A stretch of DNA of 52,498 bases from Candidatus Hadarchaeota archaeon (GTDB lineage: Archaea; CAYQAE01; CAYVLA01), in the NCBI GenBank assembly GCA_964621445.1, contig CAZUNO010000021.1:1-52498 (forward strand), written 5' to 3'. Both the position numbers and the translations under genes were made by a program. Below are positions 9,455-18,683 of this stretch, piece by piece. The notes beneath the pieces are model-generated. The model was not told the DNA's origin, did not search any database, and saw only the letters and a list, made by a program, of their open reading frames with translations. Numbering within the stretch: the first letter of the stretch is position 1; every line of letters begins with the position of its first letter.

Positions 9455-9510
9455 TTGCATTTTATGCACTTTTTTAATAAATCTTACGCATTATTCTTGT
9501 ATTAATGCAA
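9455..9510 (-). promoter_or_regulatory. promoter with TATA-like TTTATTAA flanked by two TTGYA-N4/5-TGCAA-like inverted repeats (candidate Lrp boxes)
   Basis: TTGCATTTTATGCAC at 9455-9469 and TTGTATTAATGCAA at 9497-9510, with the AT-rich TATA-like element between them. An Lrp gene is adjacent. Confidence 0.5.
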
Positions 9511-9601
9511 ATATACCTTACCAAGTGGTTTAGGGGAATGTTCCCCTATTCAGGCGGCTACGATGAAACGTTTTTTTGGATCTCCAAAAGGATTCTTCCG
9601 T

Positions 9602-10060
9602 TTAAGGAAAACAGGAAGAGATCAAATATTTCTCTAGGCTTTCAACTTCCAGGATTTCCCTCAGCTGCATGGTGAAGTTATCTATCGCCTGTATCTTCTC
9701 GAAATAGGCGAGAATGAAAATTACAGTTCCATTCTCCGAAGAACCCACAAACCTAACGATCATTCCCGGGGACTTCTGATCCATTATTGCTTCAACAGGT
9801 CCGTGCTGATTGATGATCGACGCCGGGTTAGGACCTCTGGTGCGGACCACAATAAGTGATCCAATATTATAGCCGAGGTTTTCGAAATCTATACTGTAGG
9901 CCTTGGAGGCAATAACGCCCAACTTTTTCAGGCGATTTATCCTGTAATATACCTTACTTGGTTTTACATCCATCTCTTCTGCAATACCCTTCGGTGCTTT
10001 CCCCGTAACAAGTAATTCCGCTAGCCGCTTATCTTGATTGGAGAAACCACGTCTTGACAA
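9602..10060 (-). CDS. Lrp/AsnC family transcriptional regulator
   Basis: N-terminal HTH (DKRLAELL...IAEEM...VYYRINRLKKLGVI...IDFENLGY) plus a RAM-sized C-terminal domain. GAGGT SD, TTG start. Confidence 0.8.
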   Translation of the reverse strand: MSRRGFSNQDKRLAELLVTGKAPKGIAEEMDVKPSKVYYRINRLKKLGVIASKAYSIDFENLGYNIGSLIVVRTRGPNPASIINQHGPVEAIMDQKSPGMIVRFVGSSENGTVIFILAYFEKIQAIDNFTMQLREILEVESLEKYLISSCFP

Positions 10061-10253
10061 TAATTTAACCTCAATTCTGTAAAGTATGCATATCTTTTAA
10101 AAATATTACCGCAATATCTACCCTTAGATGTCGCTTTCATCGCAAAGTATTCATAGATTTGCCCTTTATTCTAAGTTTATTGACCTAAATTGTCCAAAAC
10201 ATACGAGCTAATTTGAATTGGTTGAGGAAACGATAGGGTCCAAATTTTGGCCC

Positions 10254-12593
10254 TCACTGGTCCTTTTTCATGATCCATATCTCCGAGATCTGGCAACCCC
10301 TCCCGGGCCCGCCCTTGCCTGGCTCACGGAGCCATCTCAAATTCAAGGTTCCTCCTCCAGTGGCTTCTGGTGGTATATCAAAATCCCTGGGTCTGGGTGA
10401 ACCCTCCCTCTCTATCCAGGTATGTATCTCAATGCCCTCCGTGGTCTCCAAACGAACCTTCACACTTGGAGATAGGTTGGAATACACGATCCGGACCTTG
10501 TATTCAGAATTTGGATCCAGACCCTCGTATCGCATTTCAAATGGCGTATCCTTTAGCGTGCCGGTAAAACCACGCCAGGGCAATGGAAGGGGCTTTCGGA
10601 CCTTCTGATAGGGATACTGTCGAAAAGCCCTTCTCCATAAACCGGGGTCGTTCTCAAAACCGGGGCCCTTTACCACGTGATCATTGGAGAACGAACTTCC
10701 CAGATTATCATAAAAACCTCCCGGGCCCGGATTCCTCCAACCCAAGATCTCCTCGATTATCCTTCTCCTGTCTCTCTCCTTTCCTGCCTCCCGTACCTCT
10801 TCGAATTTTAACCTAAGCCAGGGGGCGTTATTCAAGGGGAAATTCACCCCGTCCAGATTTGCCCCGCGAACCTCGGATTGGGCCATATAGAGATCGACGC
10901 TGAGCTGCATGTGAATACTCTGAAAAAGCGCCTCTGCCAACTGGAATATCCGCTTAAGAAGTGAGTGGGACACACCCTCAAGCTTTGAACGGTCAAGAAT
11001 GCGCTCTGCCTCTCTGACTGCCATTAGAGATCCTATATCCTCCGATTCTCGTAATTTGGAAACTGCTTTTTCCTCCAAGCCTTTCTCGTATAGCAGCCGA
11101 CTTCTCACATAGGAATCGTAATAGGCACGGTAAAGACCCTGGAGAAATCTCCAGTTTTTCAGAACCCTTGGTTGAGCTGAACTCTCAAGGCACTTGAACT
11201 GCCCGAGGGTTGTATAAACACCTTCATTATCGGCCAGTGGCCCCCGCCAATTTTCCTCCAAGGCCAGCAAGCCAAGGGCAAAATCGTTTGCGTAGTCCTT
11301 CCCTATGAAGTACCTGCTATATTGACGAAGGATTTCCATGACATCCATGTCTGGATCCCATCCCAAACAACTCCATATGCACTTGTTGACATCATCATGG
11401 CACCCTTCCGAATAGGTGATGAATCCAATGGTTGGAGTCTGGGTAGCTCTGAAAATGACGGACTGATCCCTAGGACGCGGGTTAATTACCTCCCGCCCCT
11501 CCGTTAAAGCATATGCAATATCCCATTCAGGAACCGGATATTGGGAGCTAAGGGTATGAGTTATATCCGGATAATGCCGGATAGGATACTCGTCCGGTAT
11601 TATATCCCTGAATTCATGGGTATTCATATGTATCCAGGGGCCGAACACCACCCCTTTTAACCACTTTGGACCTTCATTTAGCAGCTCCAAGAATTCCGAC
11701 ATCCATTTGTCGCTGAACCCCTGGGGCGAAACCCATATCTGGGCCTCGGGGTGGTAAGAATTAAGTGATGAAGCCTGTTTTTCAAGAAGATCGAAAAGGA
11801 CCCTGGGTCGGGTATTGCCCGGGTCGCCTCCCGGAATCATCAGCGCATCAATTCGGGGCAATTCATCGAATACCTTAGCCCACTCCCGGAGCGATGACTT
11901 CACGGTCTCCTTCTTGGTGTAATCCTGATCCATGGCCGGGAACCAAATCCAAACATCGATACCATATTCATCCGCTATGCGCGACATGCCCCTCATCGTT
12001 TCCATCGGAGGCTGCGGGAAATGCACGCTGTCTGGCCTATCATCGGATCGGGGCGGGATTAGCTCTATGGCATTTGCCCCAAAAACCACCAGGTCTCGAA
12101 TATACTGTTCCCACTGCTCCAGATTCCAACCACAGTAGGAATTTGTTTTATCCCGGTAACCAAGCTGGTGACCTCGAATTTTATAGCGGGGCGCGGTTCT
12201 AATATGAAGGTTCTCCTCGATGGTCACCCAATCACGATCCATTTCCAGAACCCTTAGAAGATGACCCACACCGTACATCACGCCTCTATGGTCATTCCCA
12301 AGAACCAGGACAACCGTTCTTTTGCCGAGCTTATCCACCCTTAGTTCATAACCTTCCGGAACCTCGAATTCCCCATCTTTTGATGACTGTTTAAGACCCT
12401 GCCCGATTATATCCTCCAGAGGTCCCCTCTTGCCCAAGAATATTACCGGTGTATCGCCCGGTGGCCAGGTTTCATGCCCAGACCACCTCAACCCGGTTCT
12501 CTTTTCCACCTCATCCATGAGTACCTGGGCTGCCTTATTTTCAACTCCGTTCTCCGACGGGGAAAGAACTATCGCCTCCTTTAGATCAAGCAT
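10254..12593 (-). CDS. putative glycoside hydrolase (GH20/GH67-type N-terminal domain, barrel domain, C-terminal beta-sandwich)
   Basis: The EGYELRV...VLVLGNDHRGVMYGVGHLLR segment is typical of GH20/GH67/GH115 N-domains, followed by P.Y.IRGHQLGYR. GGTGG SD. Confidence 0.6.
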   Translation of the reverse strand: MLDLKEAIVLSPSENGVENKAAQVLMDEVEKRTGLRWSGHETWPPGDTPVIFLGKRGPLEDIIGQGLKQSSKDGEFEVPEGYELRVDKLGKRTVVLVLGNDHRGVMYGVGHLLRVLEMDRDWVTIEENLHIRTAPRYKIRGHQLGYRDKTNSYCGWNLEQWEQYIRDLVVFGANAIELIPPRSDDRPDSVHFPQPPMETMRGMSRIADEYGIDVWIWFPAMDQDYTKKETVKSSLREWAKVFDELPRIDALMIPGGDPGNTRPRVLFDLLEKQASSLNSYHPEAQIWVSPQGFSDKWMSEFLELLNEGPKWLKGVVFGPWIHMNTHEFRDIIPDEYPIRHYPDITHTLSSQYPVPEWDIAYALTEGREVINPRPRDQSVIFRATQTPTIGFITYSEGCHDDVNKCIWSCLGWDPDMDVMEILRQYSRYFIGKDYANDFALGLLALEENWRGPLADNEGVYTTLGQFKCLESSAQPRVLKNWRFLQGLYRAYYDSYVRSRLLYEKGLEEKAVSKLRESEDIGSLMAVREAERILDRSKLEGVSHSLLKRIFQLAEALFQSIHMQLSVDLYMAQSEVRGANLDGVNFPLNNAPWLRLKFEEVREAGKERDRRRIIEEILGWRNPGPGGFYDNLGSSFSNDHVVKGPGFENDPGLWRRAFRQYPYQKVRKPLPLPWRGFTGTLKDTPFEMRYEGLDPNSEYKVRIVYSNLSPSVKVRLETTEGIEIHTWIEREGSPRPRDFDIPPEATGGGTLNLRWLREPGKGGPGRGCQISEIWIMKKDQ

Positions 12594-12699
12594 TTTTTAC
12601 CACCAATAGCAGTTCTTGCCTGCATATCCTGCCCTGACTTACACGGGAGCGCCCAATAACATAAATAGAAGCCCCAATAATCTCTCCCGAGGGATTCAA

Positions 12700-13800
12700 A
12701 CGAGCATACCTCAACTCCTGAGCTATATCGCCCATTCAGCTCCGGCAACTAGGAGACCAGCAACCGGTGATGAGCCCTACATTAGACCCGAGATAGGGTT
12801 CGTTCCCCAGTGGTATCTCGAGAGGCTCGACATTGATTTTGGAGAACGCTGGCATTGTGATCCCGAATACAGAAAGGAAACCATAATTTCAATGTCAAAG
12901 ATCACTTCAAGGCGATTCGGGGAAGGATGCGACATCGGGGTGATGCAGGATCCGGATGATCCAGCCGATATCCTGACCGGGACCTTTGGCGGTCTCCTGG
13001 TATCTGGGATATATGGTGTTCCAATACAATATCGACCCCGCGACTGGCCCTGGTCTCCCCCGGGAGTATTTCTGAGCGATGAGGAGGCCGATGATCTAAT
13101 ACCCCCGGATCTGGATAAAAATCAATTCTGGATGGCATTCATGGATCAGCTTGACTGGATCGAGCAAGATAGGGGGAGGATACAAGGGTTCATGAATTGG
13201 CAAGGAGTTCTAAATAACTCCTTCAGGCTCAGGGGCAACAGGATATTTTCGGACATGATCACCGCGCCCGAGCGGGTCAAACATATCTTCGAGTGCGTTA
13301 CGGAAACAATGATCGAGGGCGTTAACAGGCTCTATGAGAGGCAAGCGGAAGCCGGTGTGGAGCTCTCCCACTACACCATAAGCAACTGTCTAGTGAATAT
13401 GTTATCTCCAAAACAGTACGAGGAATTTCAATTCCCCTTCGATAACAGGATAGCCAGATCCTTCTCCGTCATAGGAGTTCATAACTGTGCCTGGAATGCC
13501 AATCCATACATGGAATCCTATTCCAGGCTTCCAAGAGTTGCCTATGTAGATATGGGGATGGACTCTGACCTGGAAAGGGCCAGGAAGCTCTTTCCGGTAG
13601 CCAGGAGAGCCATTATGTACCCCCCAGAGGATGTGAAGAGTAAATCGGAAGCCGATCTGAGGGGAGATTTGAAAAGGATAGCGGATGAATATGGCCCCTG
13701 CGACATGGTATTTGCGGATATCGAGGACGGGACCCCGGATAGTAAGGTCGACCTATTGATCGATATCTGTAAGGAGCTTTCGGAGGAATACAAGAGCTGA
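12700..13800 (+). CDS. uroporphyrinogen decarboxylase (URO-D)/MtaA-CmuA superfamily protein; start proposed at ACG 12700 (ORF track gives TTG 12616)
   Basis: QGVLNNSFRLRG..IF.DM...PE, LSPKQYEEFQFPFD and GVHNC motifs of the URO-D-like barrel. Confidence 0.7.
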   Translation, partial: TSIPQLLSYIAHSAPATRRPATGDEPYIRPEIGFVPQWYLERLDIDFGERWHCDPEYRKETIISMSKITSRRFGEGCDIGVMQDPDDPADILTGTFGGLLVSGIYGVPIQYRPRDWPWSPPGVFLSDEEADDLIPPDLDKNQFWMAFMDQLDWIEQDRGRIQGFMNWQGVLNNSFRLRGNRIFSDMITAPERVKHIFECVTETMIEGVNRLYERQAEAGVELSHYTISNCLVNMLSPKQYEEFQFPFDNRIARSFSVIGVHNCAWNANPYMESYSRLPRVAYVDMGMDSDLERARKLFPVARRAIMYPPEDVKSKSEADLRGDLKRIADEYGPCDMVFADIEDGTPDSKVDLLIDICKELSEEYKS

Positions 13801-13804
13801 CCTT

Positions 13805-14752
13805 TCATCCCTCGGTGACGACATCGGCAATGTCGAATATGTGATCAGCAACATCCTCTATACGGTCCAATATGCTTGAACCGCAACCAGTGGTGGTCGA
13901 TTTCCTCAACTTCGAGATCTTCTCCGCAAGTTCCGCACGTGCGTGCCCCACCTGACTGGCAAGCTCAAAGCTTCCGGTCAACAGTGCCCGCGTCGCCTTT
14001 CGGTAGCTTTCCGTCATCTCTTGGCCAAGAGGAACCACTTCATTGTCCAGGGAAGCCAGTTCCTCATGCCCTCCCAATATATGGGAATTCATCTCCACCG
14101 ACACGTCCCCGATCTTCTCCATTACGCTTGCAGCTAGTCTTAGGTCCAGGCATCTGGATGGGGTGACCTCCATCTTATCGGCGAGCCTAAGATCATTGAC
14201 CGCGCTCTTGAGAAGACGGATCACCAGGAAGTATAGCCTATCCAGGGCATCATCCCTTTCCACCACATCATTGGCCAGATCCGTATCCCCCTCACTTAGA
14301 GCAATCAATGTGTCACGAAACATCGAGGCCCCTATTTCGTTCATCCTCTTCATTATATCTCTAACTGAAAGGTCCCCGGGCATCTTGAGGTTAACGAGAA
14401 GCAGGCTGTTTGAGGTCTCATCGATGAGCTCCAATCCAGCCAGGCTGGAGGAGGAGTCCTTTATCTTCTCCTTTTCCTTGGGAGTGATCCTAGATTCCGA
14501 CCTGACCAGGATTCTATCATAACCCGACAAATAGCAGGATGTCAATTCCCTTCCGATATTCTCGCTGATTTCTATCTCCCTCTCCTTTCTTTCCGGCTCC
14601 TCCAGGGGATTTGGATCTACCATCATCATCCTATTATGGGGATAAAGGCCAACCTGACTGCCCTTCTCAAGTTCGTTATCCCTCACCCAATCCTTGGGCA
14701 AGGAGACGAGAAAGCTTCCCCCCGATGTCCTTTGGAGAAATCGCGTTTCCAA
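13805..14752 (-). CDS. phoU: archaeal phosphate uptake regulator (AbrB/SpoVT DNA-binding domain plus two PhoU domains)
   Basis: ETRFLQRTSGGSFLVSLPKDWV (AbrB), SCYLSGYD, ERDDALDRLYFL, EKIGD and EDVADHIFDIA. GGAGGT SD. Confidence 0.9.
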   Translation of the reverse strand: METRFLQRTSGGSFLVSLPKDWVRDNELEKGSQVGLYPHNRMMMVDPNPLEEPERKEREIEISENIGRELTSCYLSGYDRILVRSESRITPKEKEKIKDSSSSLAGLELIDETSNSLLLVNLKMPGDLSVRDIMKRMNEIGASMFRDTLIALSEGDTDLANDVVERDDALDRLYFLVIRLLKSAVNDLRLADKMEVTPSRCLDLRLAASVMEKIGDVSVEMNSHILGGHEELASLDNEVVPLGQEMTESYRKATRALLTGSFELASQVGHARAELAEKISKLRKSTTTGCGSSILDRIEDVADHIFDIADVVTEG

Positions 14753-14854
14753 AACTACTTACCTCCTATTCAACTATGTTCGAACACATATGAATATTTC
14801 GGCGGAAAAATAAAAAAGATCCCTTGTTTCTGCATCGGCGATATCGGTGAAAGG

Positions 14855-16549
14855 TTGAAAACAAATACTGGCGAAGGCTTCACTATCAGAGGTGCAATAG
14901 TCGCCGTTCTCATATCTATGGTACTGTGTATTGTAGGTCAATACATAGCAATCAGCCTAGGCATGATGCCCTGGACGACGGTGCTTGTAGCCGTGGTTGT
15001 TCTCTCCATCCTCAACGCTCTTTCTAGAATGCGTTCAGGAAAGGTTGACATAAACGAGGTAGTTGTAACCCAAGCAGCCGGTAGCGTTGGAATTCTAATG
15101 GGTGCCGGCGTTGCATTCGTGCTTCCCGGTATCTGGTATGTCGAAGGCTACTCCGGATTTGAGATCCCCATTTGGACCGTAGCTCTTCTTGCAGCTGTTG
15201 GGGGTCTCCTGGGGGTAATCGTATCCAATTCCTTTAGGAAGGAGTTCGTGGAGGTCGAGAATTTACCGTTTCCAGCCGGCAAGGCGGCCGGTGATGTGTT
15301 AAAGGCTGGAGACCAGGGCGGGGCAAAGGCCAAGCTTGTCCTAATATCCGGAATTATCACCGGAATCTTGGTGCTACTTAGGGACAGAATTTTACCACAA
15401 GAGTGGAATCCGCTGCAATTAAAGGGACTGGCAGATCAAAATATCTTCATTTCGCTAAAATTTTCGTTCATGTCCTTTGCCGGGGGATGGCTTCTCGGCC
15501 CTTACTATTCCACCACCTGGTTTCTGGGGGGCGTCTTCGCCTGGATATTCCTAGTTCCGACAATGATCGACAGCTTTGCCAGCCAGGGACTTGCTGATCC
15601 ACAGGGAGCTGCCGGCATATTCCGCATTACCATGGGCACAGGGGTGGTGATAGGCAGCGGGGTCTGCTTTTTGGTTATGGGTCTTCTACCTAAATTAAGG
15701 CAGCTCATCTCCGCATTCTCGGGAGTATTCAAAAGAAGATCTCTCAGATTTCCACTGGCAGTGGTTGCCATCGCAATAATCGTCCTCTGGGCAACCGATT
15801 TACTCAGCATACCCTCATCCCTCTTCGCCGTCGCCGGCGTCTGCATAATGACGCCCCTTGCCGCCAAAACAACCGGGGAGACCAATATCGACCCAATGGA
15901 GATATTCGGTATACTCGTCTTCCTCTTTGCTTCCGCACTTCTGACCCTGCCCATAATCGAGGCATTCTACGTTATCTGCATTGTGACCGTGGGAACTGGG
16001 GTCGCGGGCGATATCATGCACGATTTCAAAACGGCGGATATGATGGGAACCAAGCCATTTGACATAACTAAGATGCAGATACTTGCAGTAATCGCTGCTG
16101 CACTGACCGCTGGCATAGGGCTAAATGTGCTATTTAATGCCTACGGAACCTCTCCCCCGGACGGCATCGGGTATGGTGCCTTACCAGCCCCGCAATCAAA
16201 GATAGTGAATCTTTTCGTGGAATCCATAATCGGGGGCGGCCTAACCTATCCAAACGCCTTCTGGGGAGGATTCCTTTTTGGTTTCCTGATTCAGGGGGCC
16301 GGTTTCTTACTCAGCTACCTTGGGAAGAATATCACAATCTCCGCCTTCTCCTTCGGCATTGGAATATTCCTGCCCATGAACCTCTCCATCCCCATATTCC
16401 TGGGTGGGATTTCCAGATTGGTGGTCGAGCGAAAATTCGGATCCAGGGAAAAAGGAGATCTTGTAGCTGCTGCCATGCTAGGTGGTGAGGGAATAGTTGG
16501 ATTTCTACTCGCCCTCCAACAGATTCTACCATTCCTGTCACCTATCTGA
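14855..16549 (+). CDS. OPT/YSL family oligopeptide transporter (start moved to TTG 14855)
   Basis: FTIRGAIV, LPFPAGKAAGDVL, GDIMHDFKTA..MGTKP and LPAPQ motifs, many TMs. GGTGA SD 4 nt before TTG 14855. The longer ORF start overlaps phoU. Confidence 0.88.
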   Translation: MKTNTGEGFTIRGAIVAVLISMVLCIVGQYIAISLGMMPWTTVLVAVVVLSILNALSRMRSGKVDINEVVVTQAAGSVGILMGAGVAFVLPGIWYVEGYSGFEIPIWTVALLAAVGGLLGVIVSNSFRKEFVEVENLPFPAGKAAGDVLKAGDQGGAKAKLVLISGIITGILVLLRDRILPQEWNPLQLKGLADQNIFISLKFSFMSFAGGWLLGPYYSTTWFLGGVFAWIFLVPTMIDSFASQGLADPQGAAGIFRITMGTGVVIGSGVCFLVMGLLPKLRQLISAFSGVFKRRSLRFPLAVVAIAIIVLWATDLLSIPSSLFAVAGVCIMTPLAAKTTGETNIDPMEIFGILVFLFASALLTLPIIEAFYVICIVTVGTGVAGDIMHDFKTADMMGTKPFDITKMQILAVIAAALTAGIGLNVLFNAYGTSPPDGIGYGALPAPQSKIVNLFVESIIGGGLTYPNAFWGGFLFGFLIQGAGFLLSYLGKNITISAFSFGIGIFLPMNLSIPIFLGGISRLVVERKFGSREKGDLVAAAMLGGEGIVGFLLALQQILPFLSPI

Positions 16550-16591
16550 GGGGGGACATCAGTCTTGAATTACCAGGAAAATGGTGTTTGA

Positions 16592-17422
16592 ATGATCGTC
16601 GGCATAGATATCGGAGGAAGTTCAACCAAGGCCATGGCCTACCACAAGGGAATTCGCGGCATGACATCGGTGATCACCACCGACCCCTATGCCGCTGCTG
16701 CCGGAGCGCTTGGCAAGCTATTTAATGGTCTGCAGGCGGATCTGGAAGATATCCGCTGCATCGCACTGACCGGCGGCGTTTCACAACAGATGGATTCTCA
16801 TTTGCTTGGCATTCCCGTTAGCAAGGTCGAGGAGATGGAGGCCATCGGGCTAGGGGGAATAGAGCTAACCGGAAAGAACCAGGCTTTGGTGGTCAGCATG
16901 GGAACAGGAACCGCCGTTCTATCAGTTAGGGACCAGGGGAGGAAAATTCAACATATAGGTGGCACCGGCGTCGGAGGGGGGACGCTTCTGGGTCTTTCCC
17001 GTTGTATGCTAAACAAGTATGAGATCGGAAGCCTGTGGAAATTGGCGCGCGATGGTGATCTTGGAGAGGTCGACCTGACAATTAAGGATATCAGAGGTGG
17101 ATCGGTCGGCTTCCTACCCGAAACGGCCACGGCTTCAAATTTCGGCAAAATGTCCGATAACGCTTCCGAGGCAGATCTGGCACTGGCCATTATCAATATG
17201 GTCGGCCAGGTCATTGGCACCATAGCCTCCTTCGCTGCCAAGCTTTGTAACCTTGAATCCAATGTTGTACTCGTGGGAAAGGTTGCGGCCAATCCGGAAA
17301 TAACCCAGATAATTCGAGATGTCGGCAAGCTATATAATGTGGAGATGACCGTACCCCGCAACCCAGATTACTGCACAGCCCTGGGAGCTGCCATGACCGT
17401 TAAGTCCATAAACTCCAACTAA
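16592..17422 (+). CDS. coaW: type II (Fumble/CoaW-like) pantothenate kinase
   Basis: GIDIGGSSTK, LTGG, E-E-x-A, VSMGTGT, HIGGTGVGGGTLLGL, GD..EVDLTIKDI, TASNFGK and ALGA match PanK-II motifs. Confidence 0.82.
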   Translation: MIVGIDIGGSSTKAMAYHKGIRGMTSVITTDPYAAAAGALGKLFNGLQADLEDIRCIALTGGVSQQMDSHLLGIPVSKVEEMEAIGLGGIELTGKNQALVVSMGTGTAVLSVRDQGRKIQHIGGTGVGGGTLLGLSRCMLNKYEIGSLWKLARDGDLGEVDLTIKDIRGGSVGFLPETATASNFGKMSDNASEADLALAIINMVGQVIGTIASFAAKLCNLESNVVLVGKVAANPEITQIIRDVGKLYNVEMTVPRNPDYCTALGAAMTVKSINSN

Positions 17423-17469
17423 CCTCCCAGATCCATAGGCTTTTTCAGAATCTGGCCATAGACCAAACC

Positions 17470-18354
17470 GTGGTTCGAGATCCGAAGCTATTGGTCATCG
17501 GGGACGCCATGATTGACATATCGGTAGCCCTGCCCGAGTCGAAACCAGGAGGAGCCTATCCAGCCGAGATAAGAGTATGTTCGGGGGGTCTCGGAAACGT
17601 GGCGGTGGCCGCTGCCGGTTCGGGAATTGAGGTATCCTTCTCGGGCGCGGTTGGCAAGGATATCTTTGGAAAAAAATATGAAGCCGACCTAAATGAGTAC
17701 GGAGTAGATACATATCTGAAGAAATGTGATCTTCCAACCGGTATGTGCCTTAATCTGGTATCAAGGGATGGTAACAGGACAATGTACACCAGAAGGGGAG
17801 CTAATGACGCTCTTCGAGCCAAAGATATTCCACATGATATTCTGGGTTCATGCCAGATGCTTTTCATCTCTGGGTTCTCTCTTGAAAATGACGCAAGCTC
17901 TGAACAGATTAAGGAGATCGTCTCCGAGGCCAGACGTTTGAAAACGAGAATCGTTCTTGGAGGCGGAAGCCCCAATATAATTCAAGAGAAAAATAGGGAA
18001 TTCTGGAGTCTGGCTAAACGAGCTGATGTACTGATCTTCAATGAGGAGGAGGCGAGGGCAATGCTGCAGGAGAGGGATATGGAGATTCTGAGTGATTTGG
18101 AAAGAATTGTCATAGTTACCAAAGGGCCCGAGGGATCCACCGCCTACACGCATGAAGGCGAGATACACTCCCCCGGTTATCCCTGCAAAGTCGTGGACAC
18201 TACCGGAGCCGGGGATGCATTTGCAGGCAGTTTAATGGCGGGACTGTTACGGAAACGTCCCCTCACCCAGATATTGGCAGAAGCAAACAAGATCGCGGCA
18301 AAAACGGTCACTTCTCTTGGTCCTCGATCCGGGGAAGGAGAACGGTCCCATTAG
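17470..18354 (+). CDS. PfkB/ribokinase family carbohydrate kinase
   Basis: GG.GNVAVAAA, GAVGKD.FG, NEEEA, VTKGPEG and VVDTTGAGDAF motifs. Confidence 0.92.
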   Translation: MVRDPKLLVIGDAMIDISVALPESKPGGAYPAEIRVCSGGLGNVAVAAAGSGIEVSFSGAVGKDIFGKKYEADLNEYGVDTYLKKCDLPTGMCLNLVSRDGNRTMYTRRGANDALRAKDIPHDILGSCQMLFISGFSLENDASSEQIKEIVSEARRLKTRIVLGGGSPNIIQEKNREFWSLAKRADVLIFNEEEARAMLQERDMEILSDLERIVIVTKGPEGSTAYTHEGEIHSPGYPCKVVDTTGAGDAFAGSLMAGLLRKRPLTQILAEANKIAAKTVTSLGPRSGEGERSH

Positions 18355-18417
18355 TCCTCAATTCTTCAACCCTTAAGGAAGAGTTAAAACCTCATCAATT
18401 TAGCTTAATTAGCCATA

Positions 18418-18432
18418 TTGCAGGGTTTGCAA
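18418..18432. promoter_or_regulatory. TTGCA-N5-TGCAA inverted repeat, candidate transcription-factor site
   Basis: TTGCAGGGTTTGCAA in the intergenic region upstream of 18492. Same arms as the boxes at 9455-9510. Confidence 0.3.
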
Positions 18433-18491
18433 CCATCATGAAGGGAGAAAACCGTTAGTCTTATCTTTTCCCAATACCAGGTGTTGGCATC

Positions 18492-18683
18492 TTGAAGGCA
18501 AAGGATCAGGAAAAGAAAATAAAGATCTCGGAAATAACTGATATGGAGAGCAAGCCGGCCTCAACCTCGATGGTAAGCGGACTGGCGAGGAAGATCGAGG
18601 ATGTCATAAAGGAGATGGGCATCACGGCCAACATCGAGATCGTGGGGGAAACGCAAGACGAGGGAAAATCCAGTGACACCTAG
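18492..18683 (+). CDS. small hypothetical protein (63 aa)
   Basis: AGGTG SD and TTG start. Overlaps the next gene by 11 nt. Charged, coding-like composition. Confidence 0.5.
   Translation: MKAKDQEKKIKISEITDMESKPASTSMVSGLARKIEDVIKEMGITANIEIVGETQDEGKSSDT

Noticed and set aside
14636-14854. N-terminal extension of the OPT ORF
   Set aside because: It overlaps the divergent phoU gene and its promoter. An SD plus TTG at 14855 gives a normal N-terminus.
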